Below the pieces are notes generated by a model that saw only the letters and a list, made by a program, of their open reading frames with translations, was not told the DNA's origin and did no database searches. Below are positions 1 to 14,345 of a stretch of DNA of 64,000 nt, piece after piece. How positions within the stretch are numbered: position 1 is the stretch's first letter; each line of letters begins with the position of its first letter. The position numbers were made by a program, and so were the translations under genes. Source of the stretch: Antedon mediterranea. Taxonomy: Eukaryota > Animalia > Echinodermata. The stretch lies in NCBI RefSeq assembly GCF_964355755.1, contig NC_092677.1, positions 8,454,101 to 8,518,100 of the forward strand. Reading direction: 5' to 3'.

Positions 1-280
1 TCACTTATTTAGCCCTTTTATAAACTTAATTCACACAAAATGAAACTTGATCTTGATTCTTAAATAGTTGTAGATTCCAAAAAGGGGAAAACCCTATTTT
101 CACCAAGATAGTGATTTTTAACTTACATAGTACTTCTATAGGTCAATACACTGAATAAAGATCAGCGAGTTATGTTTCACTATGCCAGAGCAGGTCACAT
201 ATATGGGATATTGTATACGATGAAATGGGACTCAATTTTAATTAAGTGGCACAAACAACATTTGTATGAAATTAAGGGTA

Positions 281-510
281 TTGCCTGGGTCCTCTCCTGG
301 TGACAGTGGCTTTGTGTATGTACCACTGATGTACTAGGTTATTTAAAGTATGATCTAGATGTGTACACTGGACCTACGGTGTATAGTCCTTATCCGAGAA
401 GACTTCGTTCTACCACCAGAACCATGGAGCAAGTGAGCCTCTCGAAACCTTGCCGATGGTGGCTACTATACGTAATTACGGTTCCATTGTTTTAACCACT
501 CGGCCACTCA
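281..510 (-). mobile_element. tRNA-derived SINE, Meta-SINE-like
   Basis: Minus strand starts GTGGCCGAGTGGTTAA (A-box-like) and contains CTTCTCGGATAAGGACTATACACCGTAGGTCC, resembling the Meta core. Family assigned from memory; boundaries approximate. Confidence 0.55.
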
Positions 511-1254
511 CTCTGTTAATACATGCAACATACCAACGATTGGTAACAATTTTCCTAATTTCACTCGAAACCTTCCCTCGTAACGCCAGGAATCCGCCTC
601 TATATACAGTCGTATTTTAATGACATTACTTTGGTGATTTCTGTTCTCCTACATGCGAATTTAATTTACACGCCTTTGACATGGGTCTGCGTTTTTTCAT
701 TATGTCGAATTTGTGATACATAAATATAATATAATTTTTTACTCACCATGTATTTAAGTCTTTAAGTTTACTTATACTTTATTGAAACAATACAAGAAAA
801 CACTGCATAGCCATCGCGGTCGGCAGGTGGTATGGTCTTAGTTAACTAGCTGAACTCTTGTGTTTAGGTGGGCGGCATTATCTTTCTTTTTCTTGAGTGA
901 TCAGGGGTTGTTTTTATTGTTTAAAAGGTTATATCAATGCTATCCTTTGTTGTATATGTGATCAGTAAAAAGATCAATATTTACCAATGTATGTGTGTTT
1001 GTAGTAGGCATCTGTTGTTTCAATAATTGTGTATTATTACATTGTATATATACCTATTTAAAATTTATTTCTATAAAAAGAAAATTGCTAAAAGTATTGA
1101 CAGTATTATTCGCATTTGTGGGTTATTACAATTATAATTGTTGATCATGCGAGATGAGGTGTGACAAAATTTAAAAAAATATAAAGTAAACTACCAACCA
1201 CTAGCAATATTCAGTATGTCAAATTTGTAATACATAAAAATATAATATAATTTT

Positions 1255-1435
1255 TTTACTTACCATGTATGCCTATTTAAGTCTTCAGTTTTATTTATAC
1301 CTTATTGAAATAGTACAAGAAAACACTCAGCATAGCCATCGCGTGGACCGGTGGTTTTAGTTGACTCTTTTAGCTGAACTGAACTGGTGTTTAGGTAGGC
1401 CGCATTTATCTTTTAATCTGTTTTTGGGAAATTCC
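1255..1435 (-). promoter_or_regulatory. Putative promoter/non-coding exon-1 module of a further gene beyond the left edge
   Basis: GGGAAATTCC at 1426-1435 and donor ATG|GTAAGT at ~1260. Same layout as 14155-14303. Confidence 0.45.
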
Positions 1436-2221
1436 AATGTACAAAATTGACGTGGCATATTGTATATAAATATTGACATAAAATTAGCATCAACATCATA
1501 CACATTAAACCATATCGATCAGTTTATCCCCCATCTCAAACTGCCCCCACAGCTGACTATAGATTTATAGGCCTATTGCAGCTGCAGTAGTATATTGTAA
1601 AAAAAAATTCATTGTATATATAGATTCAAATTAATTCAAGTCATTAAAAAGCAACATATTTTTTCCACTCGACATGATTTAATAGCAATTAGTCAATCAA
1701 TTATTGGCCACATTATAAGAAAAAACATTGAACATTTATGTTATGGGGATAAATTGACGGAAAGAAAACCAGAAGAAGAATCCAATGCAAATTATAACAT
1801 TATTACATAATGTAGGCCTACCATAGCTTTAAAACAGTCTATCTACTGAGTTTGACATCACAGACAGTCCCAACTAAAATTTTTTTTACAACGTTCTTTT
1901 TTACAATTGTGTTGAGATGATTTTCAAAACTTTAATATATTTTTAAAGTGTAAATATAGGAAGTGTAGTATGCATTGAAATAACGAAATTCATTTGGTTC
2001 TATAAATTATTGTTGTGTTAGCTACACATACATCAATTACTGTTTATGTCCCCTGGCTTAGTACATTAGCATTGTGAAATAACCAGATGGCGTTAATAGG
2101 CCTAACCTCATGGTGTGAAATACGTGATTGAAAATCCGCGTAAGCCGCTCGCAAACAATGACTTCTCTTTGTTTTGTATGCTTGTATGTATTTACACTTA
2201 AGTCAAGTCAGTTTAATTAAT

Positions 2222-2385
2222 AATGTAGTTATTTATTTTCCTTTGGCCTCACCACCTCTGCGTCTTCTGTCTCGTCTTCTGTTACTCTGTTGTAGTTGTT
2301 GTTTCTGTTCATGTATACTTTTTGTTTCACCTGAGTGTATATTATGATCACGTTTCATACCCTTTACAGCACAGTTGCCATTTTT
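2222..2385 (-). pseudogene. Relic copy of the A/B-type 3' coding end without the long GGA expansion
   Basis: Translates KGMKRDHNIHSGETKSIHEQKQQLQQSNRRRDRRRRGGGG versus B KGMKRNPIQ...EQKQQPQQRNRRRGTKRGGGG. Stop-region DNA also matches. Confidence 0.7.
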
Positions 2386-3147
2386 CAGCTGCGCGTGACG
2401 TACTTAGGCCTACAGTAGAATTATTTTCTTTAAAGTCACATTCCCTGCGTTTTTTAGATCTTATTTAAGGTCACAAACTACATTTAATGTATTGTGTTAT
2501 CTTTTTTCGTCTTTAAACGGTTAAAAATGTGAAAAATAAGTCGATTCTAATTATTTAAGCGGCCTGCACGGATTGATATTTTCGTTTTTCTTCTGTGATT
2601 CACCAACTTTCGATCGATCGTGAAGGCAAAATAAATGGAAGAATCGTAACTTTTCAGCACAAATACTGGGGTTTTTCCCAATTTTTATTAGCGTATTCTG
2701 GCAAAAACAGAAAGACAATTAATGCAGCAACTAGACAACGTCAGGCTATGCCTATATATAGCGTACGGTGTTCGTTACTGCAGTTGGCAGTTTACCAGTT
2801 AGACCTACAAAACTAAGCCTAGTTAGGCTAGTCCTAAAGATCGTCCACTAGAGGACATTCGACGCGAGCTACTTACATAGGTAGTGCATTGTTTCTCTTC
2901 TAATAATGACGATGTCTGTTGAATAATTTAAATACCATCTACAATTTTTCATACCATTTTTTGGAATGAATAATAATACATTCTTATCTTGGTCAGTAGA
3001 ACAAAAAATTAATACAGAGTAATAATAAGAATATATATTAAAGGTAAAGGAATATATATATATATATATATTAAAGGTATTGCAAAAGATACAATATTCT
3101 AATAATAACAATGGTGACGTCAGTGATCAGTGATCATACGTAGTCAT

Positions 3148-3191
3148 TTATTTTCTTTTAGCTCCTCTTCCTCTTCCTCCTCTTCCTCTTT

Positions 3192-3222
<31 letters not shown>

Positions 3223-6200
3223 CCCTCTTCCTCCTCCTCCTCCTCCTCCTCCTTCACCTCCTCCTCCACTTACTCCTCCACCTCCTCCTCCTCCTCCTCC
3301 TCCTCGTCCTCCTCTTCCTCTTCCTCCTCCTCCTCCCCCTCCCCCTTCTCCGCCTCCTCGTCCTCCACCTCCTCCACGTTTCGTGCCACGTCTTCTGTTA
3401 CGGTGCTGCGGCTGTTGATTCTGTTCATTTTTACTAGTTGATTTTTCAACTGGTTGTATAGGATTAATTTTCATATCTTTTCCAGCAGAGTTGGCATCAT
3501 CGTGAATGACTGGGTTATTTTTCTCGTCTTTTTTATTCACGATTATTGGGTCAGCTGGGAGTGACGTAGCATTATTTTCTTTAACATTCTGGTCTTTTAT
3601 TTGATAACTACCTTTTTTGTTTGACGTATGCCTACCGACATCCTTGGTTTGAGCATTAACAAGAGTGTTTGTAGACTTTGAACTGCTCTTTACTTTCTCT
3701 ATTTCTTTTGATTTGGATTTCCTCTGCCTCTGTCTTTGACGTTTACTTCTTGTCGGTTCACTTTGCAGTTGGTGATCATTTTTGTGTTCCGTATGTTCGT
3801 TATTACTGATTTTTCCAGATTGTTTTATTCTCAGCTTTTCATTCTTATTTGAAAGTACGTTCTGATTTTCTGCTTGTACAACTTTCATTTCCGAAGCCGA
3901 GCATTTCTCAGCATCATCGGCATTGTTACCATTGGGCAGGTGACCAAAAGAGCATGTCGACCAGCTTTCTTGACAGAAACTTAAGCATCGTGAAACAGTT
4001 TCTTTGACAAGTACTACTACTTTAGGTAATTGGTCGTCCTTTCCAAGCATATCCAACGCTTCTTGCATAATTTCAGACGTCACGTGTGATTTGTTGTGAA
4101 GAATTATCGATGATAAAGTGTCTGTCTTTTTGTCTGAAACTGTTTTACACTGAAACTTCATTAATCGAACACACGTGTTTATTCGTTGAATCTCTGAAGA
4201 CACGTGAAACACAAATTGTTCAGAAACAATGTTTTCTGAATTCCAAATGCGTTGCTGAATGGTTTCTAGTTGTTGTAAGATGTCCGCTATGTAACTCGTT
4301 TCGCTCTGTTGGTTTAAGTCATCACGAATAGTGACTAATTGTTTTAACATTGTGGTCATGATATCAAATAGAAGTAGTCTTTGATATTTGATTCCATAGC
4401 GGGAGTTCATTTCTTGTAAAAACCACTCCTGGTCAAATGTGCAAAGACATTGTAATTGGTAGTTAATCTTCTGTCTCATATCTTGTACTCGATCTATTGA
4501 TCTTTCAATCCGCATCTTTCTCTTGATGTCAGCTATTCTCATGTTTATTGTTTTAAGGACATTTCCGTATCTCGGATTGAATCGAATGATTGTATGACAT
4601 ACTGGACATTGTTTCAATCTTATACCTTCATCCTTATCCATATATTCATCCATTGTAGAAACGTCAATTGCGTGAGAACAATCGTACAGAAATACATATC
4701 TTGGTCTCGACTTTCCTGCAGATTTAGCTGGATAAAATAAATATGGATTACAAGTTAAGCATTTGTTTTGGCAGGGCTCGCCACAAAGACCAAAGCATTT
4801 ATGTTCACATGTTAGGGTCTTCCGACACGGTTGATTACACCTTTCACGATTACATAAGTCATCACAATTTTGTGTACATATAAAATGAATGCATTTCCAT
4901 TTACATCGGGCTCCACATGGTTCGCAAATATCGGAACAGGAACGTTGGCAGTGTTTGTGCCAGCAACCTGACTCGCACCTTTTTTTACAAGGTTGGCAAG
5001 GAATCATTGAGCAGGGCTGTTGACAATTGTGACCACAGATAAGGTTTTTGTTACAACATTCCATGCATGCTTTGTGTATCTTGCCATGCGAACAATCCTT
5101 ACATTTACCACGACATCGATGCCCACAAACTAAAGGGGTTTTGCATTGTTCCTGACAACTGTCAATGGAACATTCTTCGAAGCATTTCTTTGCGCAAGTA
5201 TGACCACAGAGTAAATCTTTTGTACATCGCTTTTCACAGCGAAAAGGTTGACCACGTTGGCAACAAAGTTGTGTTCTTTCATGTCCACACGGCAAGTTGA
5301 CAGTCAGTTTAAATAGACATGCTGCTTCGCCACTAGTTGCAATTTCTGACACATCAACAAAACACTGTACTTTCTTCATATGTCCACACTTAAGTTCCTT
5401 GTCTACCTTTTCTCTACACAGCTCAGTACATGGTTTGCAACAAAGATTTTTACACTTGTGTCCACATGGTAGTAATCTTGAGCACTTACTGCTGCAAACT
5501 TTGATTTCTGAGCAAATACGTTTGATCGTGTGTCCACATTCTAGTGTTTCAACAACATTTTCAAGACAGTCGGTGTACTCGAGATCTTTAGATTCGTAAC
5601 ATTGCATATTTGTTTCATGCCCACATTTGCGAATTTTAGTAACTTCCGCATTGCATCTTAGATCTAGGTCTTTGTACCTATTAACTGACCTATAGGAATG
5701 ACGTGATATTGGCATAGCTGGTGTTTTTTTAATAGGTTCTACATTACATGGCACCTCTTTTTCATGGTTACATACTAATATTTTAGTTACTAGTTCAGTA
5801 CAAAGTTTACTGAAACATATCTGATAACATTTTTGTCGACACTGGTGTCCACATGATAATGTTTTTTGACATGGCATTTTACAACGAACGTGTTTACCAT
5901 CGACATTACATGGTACCTCTTTCTCATGGCTACACACTAGTATTTTAGTTACAACTTCAGTACAATTATTAGTGGAGCACACTTCATAACATTGTCGTCG
6001 GCACTGATGTCCACATGTTAATGTTTTTTGACATGACATTTTACAATGAACGTGTATACCGTCATCATGATGGTGGTTGTAGCTTTTACATATATAGTAT
6101 GCGTTACATGAATTACCGCAGGTGTTTGGACATGGATGGCCACATTCTGTTGGTTGTGAGCAGGGTAGTGGGCAGGTTTGTGTAAAGCAAGGAACGCTAA

Positions 6201-9200
6201 CGGTATGTCCACATTCGAATTCCTTCTCTATAATCTCAGTACATTTTGTTTCGCAAGCTTCGCCACATTTCATCTTACACACATGACCACACGCTAACGT
6301 CTTTTCACAAGGGAGCTGACAGGATGTTATGTAACACTGTACTTCAATATTGTGACCACATGGAGAAAATAATTTCTTGACAGTTTGTAAACATTTTGAC
6401 GTGCATTTTTCAAAGCATAATTCTTTACATTTGTGCTCACATTTCAGTAACTTTTCGCATGGTTTAGTGCATCGTACCGGATTTTCCAATTTATAACACT
6501 GCAACTTAACCTCATGTAGACATTCTAATGTTGTACTAACCACGACTTTACAAGGTAAGCACGGTACAAAACACATTAAATAACATGCATGATTGCGTCT
6601 ACATAATCTAACACAGTTTTCTTTGCATTCGAATTTCTCATGATTTGGATCTCGAGGATGGCAAAGAAATGGACAGACATGTCCACAGTTTAGGCGAGTT
6701 TCACACAAGAGCCTACATCCCCCCATCGGGCATTGTATAAAATCATCGGCAGTAGATAGTTTGACTTTCGTCGCCGGGTGGTTTTGGCAGTACACTTCAA
6801 TATAGCTTCCAAAACAATTTGAATTTTGCATGTCATTGACGATCTTCATCCAAAGGTCATTCTTTTCAGATAGAAGTTTAAAATTTCCAATACAGAACAT
6901 ACCCTTTTTTGCTCTTGATAATGCTACGCACATTCGGTTCGAAACTTTTAGAAATCCTATATTTCCAGCCTCGTTACTTCTTACTAAAGACAACAATATT
7001 ATTTCATTTTCTTCGCCTTGATAATTATCTACGGCGTTTACATACACATCACGTAAACAATTATACTCCTGGTCTTTAAGTAGTCGTTTCAAATTAAGTA
7101 CTTGACCAGTATACGTCGTCAAAATGGTGATACTAGAGGCATCGTATCCCTGTTGGTACAGATACTTTGCAAATGCTACACAATACTCAGCTTCGTGTGC
7201 ATTCGATTTGCTTAATATATCTTCTACAGACTCCTCTTGAATATCATGGTTGATAAAGAACAAATTATGAGCTACACCTTTAACGTTATCAAACTCTTTT
7301 ACTGACTTGTCATCGAGGAGATGACTGTAAAAGTGTTTTCTCATGATTTCTGATATCTGTGGTCGCATTCGGTGTTGTGATGATAATTTCTGACAAGGAA
7401 CATCATTTGTAAGCATTCTTTCAAATAGCGATGTGTCAAGGTTGAATTTGGTGGCAAGTTTATATACTGTAGGATTTGGCTTCAATTGCTGGTGGTCTCC
7501 GATTAGAATTATCTGTTCGCATTGTTTCGTTAGGCTTGTTACAATATGTGCTTCCAATATTTCCGCAGCCTCTTCAACAACAACTATTCTTGGTCGTATT
7601 CTATTTAGTAACTCTTTATTCTTAGCAGCACCAGTTGTTGTCATGCCTATTACATCTATTCCACTCAGTGCTTCACATTTATCTTTATTATCTTCTTCTT
7701 TAATACTATTGCCTACAACCTGATCATATGCTTGCTGTTCTTCAAACAATATTTCTCGTAACTGGCCTTTGTATTTTGTTATCCAGAATCGGTACAGGCG
7801 CCATTTATTGTGTGTGGAAATCAGTCGGATATTCACTCTGTTTGCTTCGTGTTCTGTCATTTCGTCCCCTATAACAGATAATTGTCTTTCTACTGTGGCT
7901 TGGTGCTGTTTCAACGGTGCATCTTTACATTTCATTTCCGGATCGTATGCGAGTGCATTGATTGTCACATTCTTTTCGGATTCATAATCAAGTTTTGCAC
8001 TGATATCATAATCCCGTTGATCTAACATCATGTCAAACTCAGTTGTAATATTAGCGTTACCGTTTGGTTCTGTTTCATTGTCTTTGTCGTATTCAGTATC
8101 ATCCTTGATTGCAATGTCCTCGGTACGTTGTTCATTATTCTCTGAATCAGAAAGGAGACCTAGCCATGTAGGTAATGCCGAACGTTTTTCGTCTACTCCG
8201 TATTCCGCTCGTGAGTCTCTGAGGCATTTTAAATGGTTTTCATTAATGACCTTTTCCAAAGTAAATTCACTGATAATGTACTTGTCACAAAGTTTAATCA
8301 TTTCTTCAGCCTCTACCATCCGGCTGGTTATAGAACCTGCAAGTTCTTTTACACTACGAAACTCTCCTTTTTTCCTTCTTGTTTTCTTTACTAACTCTTT
8401 CAAATTGAATGTTTTAAGTGTTTCGCTTTTTGACCTCCCACCAATTCTTGCCAAATTATCACAAAATCTGAGTATACCTTCAAGAAATTGGTCCAGTGCA
8501 TGGTTTGTGTAACATATTACCATGATAATATTAGCACTGCCTTCGTCAGCCTGCTTGTCGGAACTTGTGGCCCAGCGATGTTTGTTAATGAGGAGAGTTT
8601 CAACGACCTTTAATCCAATATAAGTTTTTCCAGTTCCTGGTGGCCCTTGAATGACTGCAATTTCCTTAGTTAGGGCTGATTTTACAGCGGTAATCTGTGA
8701 TTGATCAAGTGCTAGGTTGTCAATTTTTAGCCAATCTTTTTCGTCGTCTAGAATATCTACCATGTGGTTACATCGAACCATGCTGTGTAAATACCTACTT
8801 TTTACATCCTTTGCCTGAACTTTCAAAAGTGGTCGTATATCGTACATCATTTTGGGTGTATTACGAAGGTATTTTGGTCTTTCTATATCATGCGATGCCC
8901 GTATAATATACTTGTCCATAGGTAGAATGTTGTCATCATCAAACTGTTGGAGAACTTGCAAAACAGGCCTGTAACTCTCAAAAAATGCTGTTGACTCTAC
9001 CATGGTACAAGTATTTAGACGTGTAATCTCCATATATCCAGCGTTGTGGAATTTAATGTCAACACGGCCTTGTTGTAATAATGATTCATCTCTATTGCAA
9101 ACGGTACCAAACAGAAGAGTTTGAAAATTATCATGAGATAAGCAGACAAGTGAACCGAAAATCAAGCGTTTTGTATTCTTCCATCTTATGTTTTTCAGAT

Positions 9201-11541
9201 TACAGAGACTAAACTGTACTCGATGGAGAACCCCATGCTCTGTCTGAGAAATCACTGGGTGTTCAATGTTTACATCGTAATACAAGCGGACATCTGTATT
9301 CCTCTTTCTTTGATTTCGTTGAAATGCATTTGCAACATTATCGAGGTGTATTTGAATTCCTTCACGCAATGGACATATAAAGTCCTCACGTAACAATCTG
9401 AATTGTACATCAAGGTAATGATATTGGCTTGCGTAGCTTCCTTTGATTTTATTTGGACGAAGGAATGGTAGCTCTTTGGAATGAAGATCTTCTGTGGTTG
9501 GCAATATTGGAATGTCCCGGTAGTCATCAGGTGGTGGTCCGTCAGATATTCCTTCTCTTTTTGCAGATTCAAGTTCTCTCTTCTTCTTCTCTGCTTCTTT
9601 AAATTCTAAAATCCATTTGTCTGTTTCCTTTTTAAAACGTGCTACATTTATAAGAGCATCTTGTGACAACTTTCGTTTTCCAAACAATTCCTTACTTTTA
9701 ACATCAAGTAAATTTGTAATGAGGGCCACATCATTAACCTCTCTAATTTCAGAAGTTACCCCATTCAAAAACTTCCATACCAGATTTAGAAGTGTTGCAG
9801 TGTTTTTTTGTATTTCATCTTCATTTTTATTACCATCTATCTTAAACTTATCTCCTAAATGAGTTACATATGGAATTACGATTTTCTTTAAAAATGAACT
9901 TGACTTTAGCATATCTACAAGTTTTTCCCGGCTTTCAGATATTTCGCACTTGAATATTCTTACGTATACTTGGAGAAGGACTTCAACGACATTATTACCC
10001 ATTTTCTCATCTTTTAGCAGTTTGTTGAGGTGGTCAGTTCGATAAGATAAACATTCCACTGGATCACATTTCTTCTGTAATATACTATTCAGATCTGTAA
10101 AATTTACTGCAAAAAAAGTATATTTATCATTTGAACGCTATATTGAAACAATATGGTTTAATGTGGTTAGTTGACACATTATTGCTGAATCAGGATTTGT
10201 GTAGTAAAGTAGTGGGGGAGGGTATAGGATGTGATTGCTGATTGAATATCAATATTAAGAAATGGGTTAATTGTTATAATATTATTATTAACAACGTTAT
10301 TCACATTTGTTCTTCCAAAAATAATAAAAAAGGTACTTACATGCTACAACATGAGATGTCCTTTTTACTATTTCATTAGGAAGATATGCAGACGAAAAAC
10401 CTTCATATCTAATAGAGTAATAATAGATAAGTACAATGTTTACCCAAACATTTAAAGATGTATCTTCCCCTAAGAAATAATTCTTAACATTTTGTACACC
10501 TTGACAAAAATTTGGATCGGAAAAAAAATTACCTGAAAAAAATGTCAATTAAAGCAAAAAATAGTGTTTTTGGTTGAATTTAACCATTTATTTTGTCATC
10601 TAATAAGTGAAAACATTATTTTTGTTCCACCCGATTACCAGTGCTGTATCTCCACATACTATCTATTTCCGAAGTATCAAAGGAATATTTGGTAATACAG
10701 CATCTCATTTAAATCACATGTTGTGCCTGTATCATGTAAGGTTATGTTACTACAGTACTAGATACATATGAAACACATGTGATGTATTTCCAAATTGTCC
10801 TATGATAATTCGGAAATAGATACAGTAACGAGAATCGGCTGCATTTTAAAAGTCAGATTTAATTAATGTTTATGCTTTTGGTGGATAATACATCTTTAAA
10901 GTATTTAAAAATGTGTAATCCTTTTTAATGAAATAATATAATATATAAGGTAAAACATTTAATGTCAATGTAAAAGTACAGCCCGGGATTTCCCCTTCAA
11001 TACAATGTATAATGTAGTCTGTATTATGTTGCAAGTTTAGTTTTTTTAATAAAATCGCAACCGATCATAAACATACTAATCATACAAAATTACACCCAGC
11101 ATTTGTAAAACGGTTTGTAAAACTCGGCATTTTAGGTTGATGATAAGCTTTATTTGGCTATTGAACGATTTTAATTTAAATGACTCCAATTAAAAAAAGT
11201 GATTGTTGAGTGAAACCCGTAAATGCGTTTTATTACGGATAGGCTTACCTCTGTTTTAAATTTCCCCTGCCTCTTCCTCTGTTTTGAAAGTGATCTTGTC
11301 TCCAGTTGGTAGTAGATGCTTCCCTGCTGTTAAAATCTGGTGCTTGTCCTCTAAAGTGATCTTGATTATTTGTACGCCGCCACCTAGCCCTATACATGGT
11401 ATCTTCCCAGGTGCCGTTGTCTGGCGTGTCATGCCTTCTAAAATGATGATATTGGTGTGTAGGCCCATCTATTTGTTGGAATATAGCCCTTCTTTGATGC
11501 TGATGGTGTCGGCTGGGATCTTTAGGCCTAGCACCTTGCAT
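3148..11541 (-). CDS. ZNFX1: ZNFX1-like paralogue A (~2439 aa). Exons 11541-11249, 10408-10341, 10106-3148. Degenerate RZ plus basic/RGG tail
   Basis: Helicase motifs GPPGTGKT, EEAAE, GDHQQL, QHRM, VDNYQGEE, RMCVALSRAK. ZNFX1 signature YLDVQFRLLREDF. Many CGHxC NF-X1 repeats. RING-like DCSH...CPVC. Splice phases 2 then 1 with GT-AG; spliced length 7320 nt is in frame. Confidence 0.9.
3160..3378 (-). repeat. (GGA)n-type microsatellite encoding the RGG/Gly tail of A
   Basis: cctcct/cttcct tract; translation GGRGRGGRGG. Confidence 0.9.
10655..10825. mobile_element. Palindromic MITE-like repeat; related copies at ~29080-29285 and ~39040-39250
   Basis: Inverted arms tatctatttccgaa...ttcggaaatagata and shared core ttggtaatacagc...tgcctgtatcatgtaag. 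Confidence 0.5.
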
Positions 11542-12429
11542 TACTTATCTAATATTAGGTAAAATATACATTATGTCGACCTTTCTTTTCTCCCTATTTT
11601 CTGTTTTACTGTTTCTTCCTACATTAACATTTATTTTTTATATAATTGGAATAGTAAATAGAGCATAATTTATTCTGGTCAAAATTATGTGAAAGTCTAT
11701 AGTCAATACCGTAATGCAAACAATTATATAATATTTGGGCCCTTTTAGGCTTAAGGATTACGTATGTTATTGAATCGGATTTTAAAATATTTAGAGAAGA
11801 ATATTAGAGAAGAGGTAGGCAATTTATGCATCTTTAAAAAAAATTGTATTAACAGAAAACATTTGAAGCAAAACAGCTTTAATTGCATCTGACGTATTCC
11901 AACATCACAAATTAACTATTAATAAAGAATAAACGATTTTAGTGTGAACATGATATGACGTTCTTTATTTGTCGCTTTTTACGGTTGGGAAATCGAATTT
12001 CGTGTAAAATTGCCTTCAAAGCTAAACTGAGAGAACCTAAACTCACACTCAATATCTATCCAGTTACTTACATTGAGCAGCTGATTCACTTATTTTGCAG
12101 CTACATCATTGTAAAAGAAAGCAGAGTATTCATTTGATTGTATATGCATCTGGATTCAAATTAATTAATGTTATTAGAAAGCAACAATTTGCTAAATTTT
12201 TCTGTACACTTTACTGTACTAATGTTGCGGTATAAAATTGACAATGAAATATAAAGGCAACTGCTAACAGACACGTAAAGGTTAAAGTGTAAATTTGAGT
12301 CACTTTGTATTTAAATTGTATTATTTTGAATTAGGCCTAAATGCTGAATAAAGTCAAAATTAAACCTCACTCCAAATAAAACAAGAAAAATAATGATAGG
12401 ACATTTGTAGAAAGAAGCAAACAAAGCTC

Positions 12430-13480
12430 TGCTACCGGTATAACACGGTTCAAATTTCGGAACTTCCATAAATTACTACGGAAATTCGGCCTAATATTTA
12501 CGGACGTACGGAAGTGAAGATAAATAGGGTACTACAGTCACGCATCGGAAATACAAAACTATACGCACAATTATGATTTGGCCTAAAAATTTGCCTTAGA
12601 TTATGAAAAATCCCCGGCAAAACGCAATAATTATGGACATATCGATTATTAGCCTTGGCAATATGCGTAATATTTAAAAGGAATGAATATAGGCTATATT
12701 TCGTTTGTCGATGATTTTTTTTGACGCAAAGTTCATGTGTTAATGCTTGGTCCATTAGAGGTAATCTGTGATAGTGCTAGTAACACTGCTATGCGTGGGT
12801 AATTTGTGAATGACGTAGTAGGCTACATACACGAGCCTATATAGGGAAGATCTATTTCTTATGTGTAGTAGAGCGTTTCTTTGATTGAATAATTTTGTTT
12901 GTATTATAACACAAGTTCATTTTAGATTTTCAGTAAATTACCAATGGTTATTCAAGGTCAGCAGTGTAACTAATCCCTCACTATTCAATCAAAATGTTAT
13001 TATTATACTACTATATTGTTGAAAAATGGATTGCGTTATATGAAAATGGATTGATAGTAAAACGTAACAAAGATACGATCTTGTCTGGTTATTAGGTATT
13101 CATGCAGTGATGAAGCGGAGGATTATTTTTGTAGCGTTCCATTTAAAATAAATTTTGTTACAAAGAAATATTTTGGTTGTGAAGGTCGCTAAATTCGTTG
13201 GCGCGAGCATTACTTCTTTTACCAATTTTAACAATTAAGCTAACATCAAAACATTCAACAACGATAAAATGCCCTGAAACTATGTAACTACCTTATGATT
13301 AAGCCTATCAAGTGCCGTGTTTGCTCTGCTACAGTTGCGGTATAATTCTCTGTTACTACGGAAATTCAACCTAATATTACGGACATGAAGATAAATAGGG
13401 TGCTACACGGTAAAACAAAACTATACGCAAAATTATGATTTGGCCTTAAATTATGGAAAAACGCAATAATTAGGAACAAA
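12430..13480. repeat. Diverged direct duplication, ~12430-12650 versus ~13325-13480
   Basis: Shared tactacggaaattc, gaagataaataggg and aaaactatacgca..attatgatttggcct. Confidence 0.6.
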
Positions 13481-14154
13481 TCGACGACCCATATGACGGG
13501 GTTTTCTCGAACACAGTGTGTGTTGGCCTCCTTTCGTACCTCTCATCAGGAGAGATATACATCTGCCTGTTCTCATGTAGCAAGCACCACAAGCAACTAG
13601 TCAATCAGAATATATATAGGTGACTGCTGTGCATTCTGCCAATTTCCAAATATTATCTTCCAGACTGGAGTTTCATAACGTATAAATATGGATATTGTAT
13701 GCGATGAAATGGGACTCAATTTTAATTTAGTGGCAGAAACAACATTTAGTATGAAATTAAGGATGTTGCCCGGTCAACTAGGGCAACACCCCTGGATCCG
13801 TCCCTGAATACGATCCTATTCCCTATCTCAAATAAACAGTTTACGTAAGCATATTTCATGAGATGACCAAACTGTTTGTTCTGTTGTTCCGCCAAACCAC
13901 CAATTGACTGTCTTAAAATACACGAGCATGGTTCCCGAGAGTGAAAATTGGTTAAAACATAATATTGATCATACTTCTCTACTTTGATAAAAAAAAAGGG
14001 CTTATAACCAAACAATTTTTTTTTAGATTTGTTTATTATTTTACTTTTGAGGATATAATCTATAACCTGAATTTACAAATTATCTCTCCTTATTTTATTG
14101 ATACTGCGACCTTATCCAATCATGTCGAATTTGTAATAGTCTAACTGTATAATA

Positions 14155-14345
14155 TTTTACTTACCATTAATGTACAGTAGATCTAAGCTAATTTACTTCA
14201 TTGTGTAACGAACAACACTGTATAGCTGATTACCTGAACACCCTTGGATAACTGATGTTTAATTAGCCTTGTATTACTTTATAATCAGTTTTTGGGAAAT
14301 TCCAAAATTGCTTTGTCAATATCTCGATCCGGTACGTCATACATG
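14155..14345 (-). promoter_or_regulatory. Putative promoter/non-coding exon 1 of A, with NF-kB site
   Basis: GGGAAATTCC at 14294-14303, GTACGTCAT nearby, and donor ATG|GTAAGT at ~14163. Same layout as B at 29657-29822. Confidence 0.5.
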
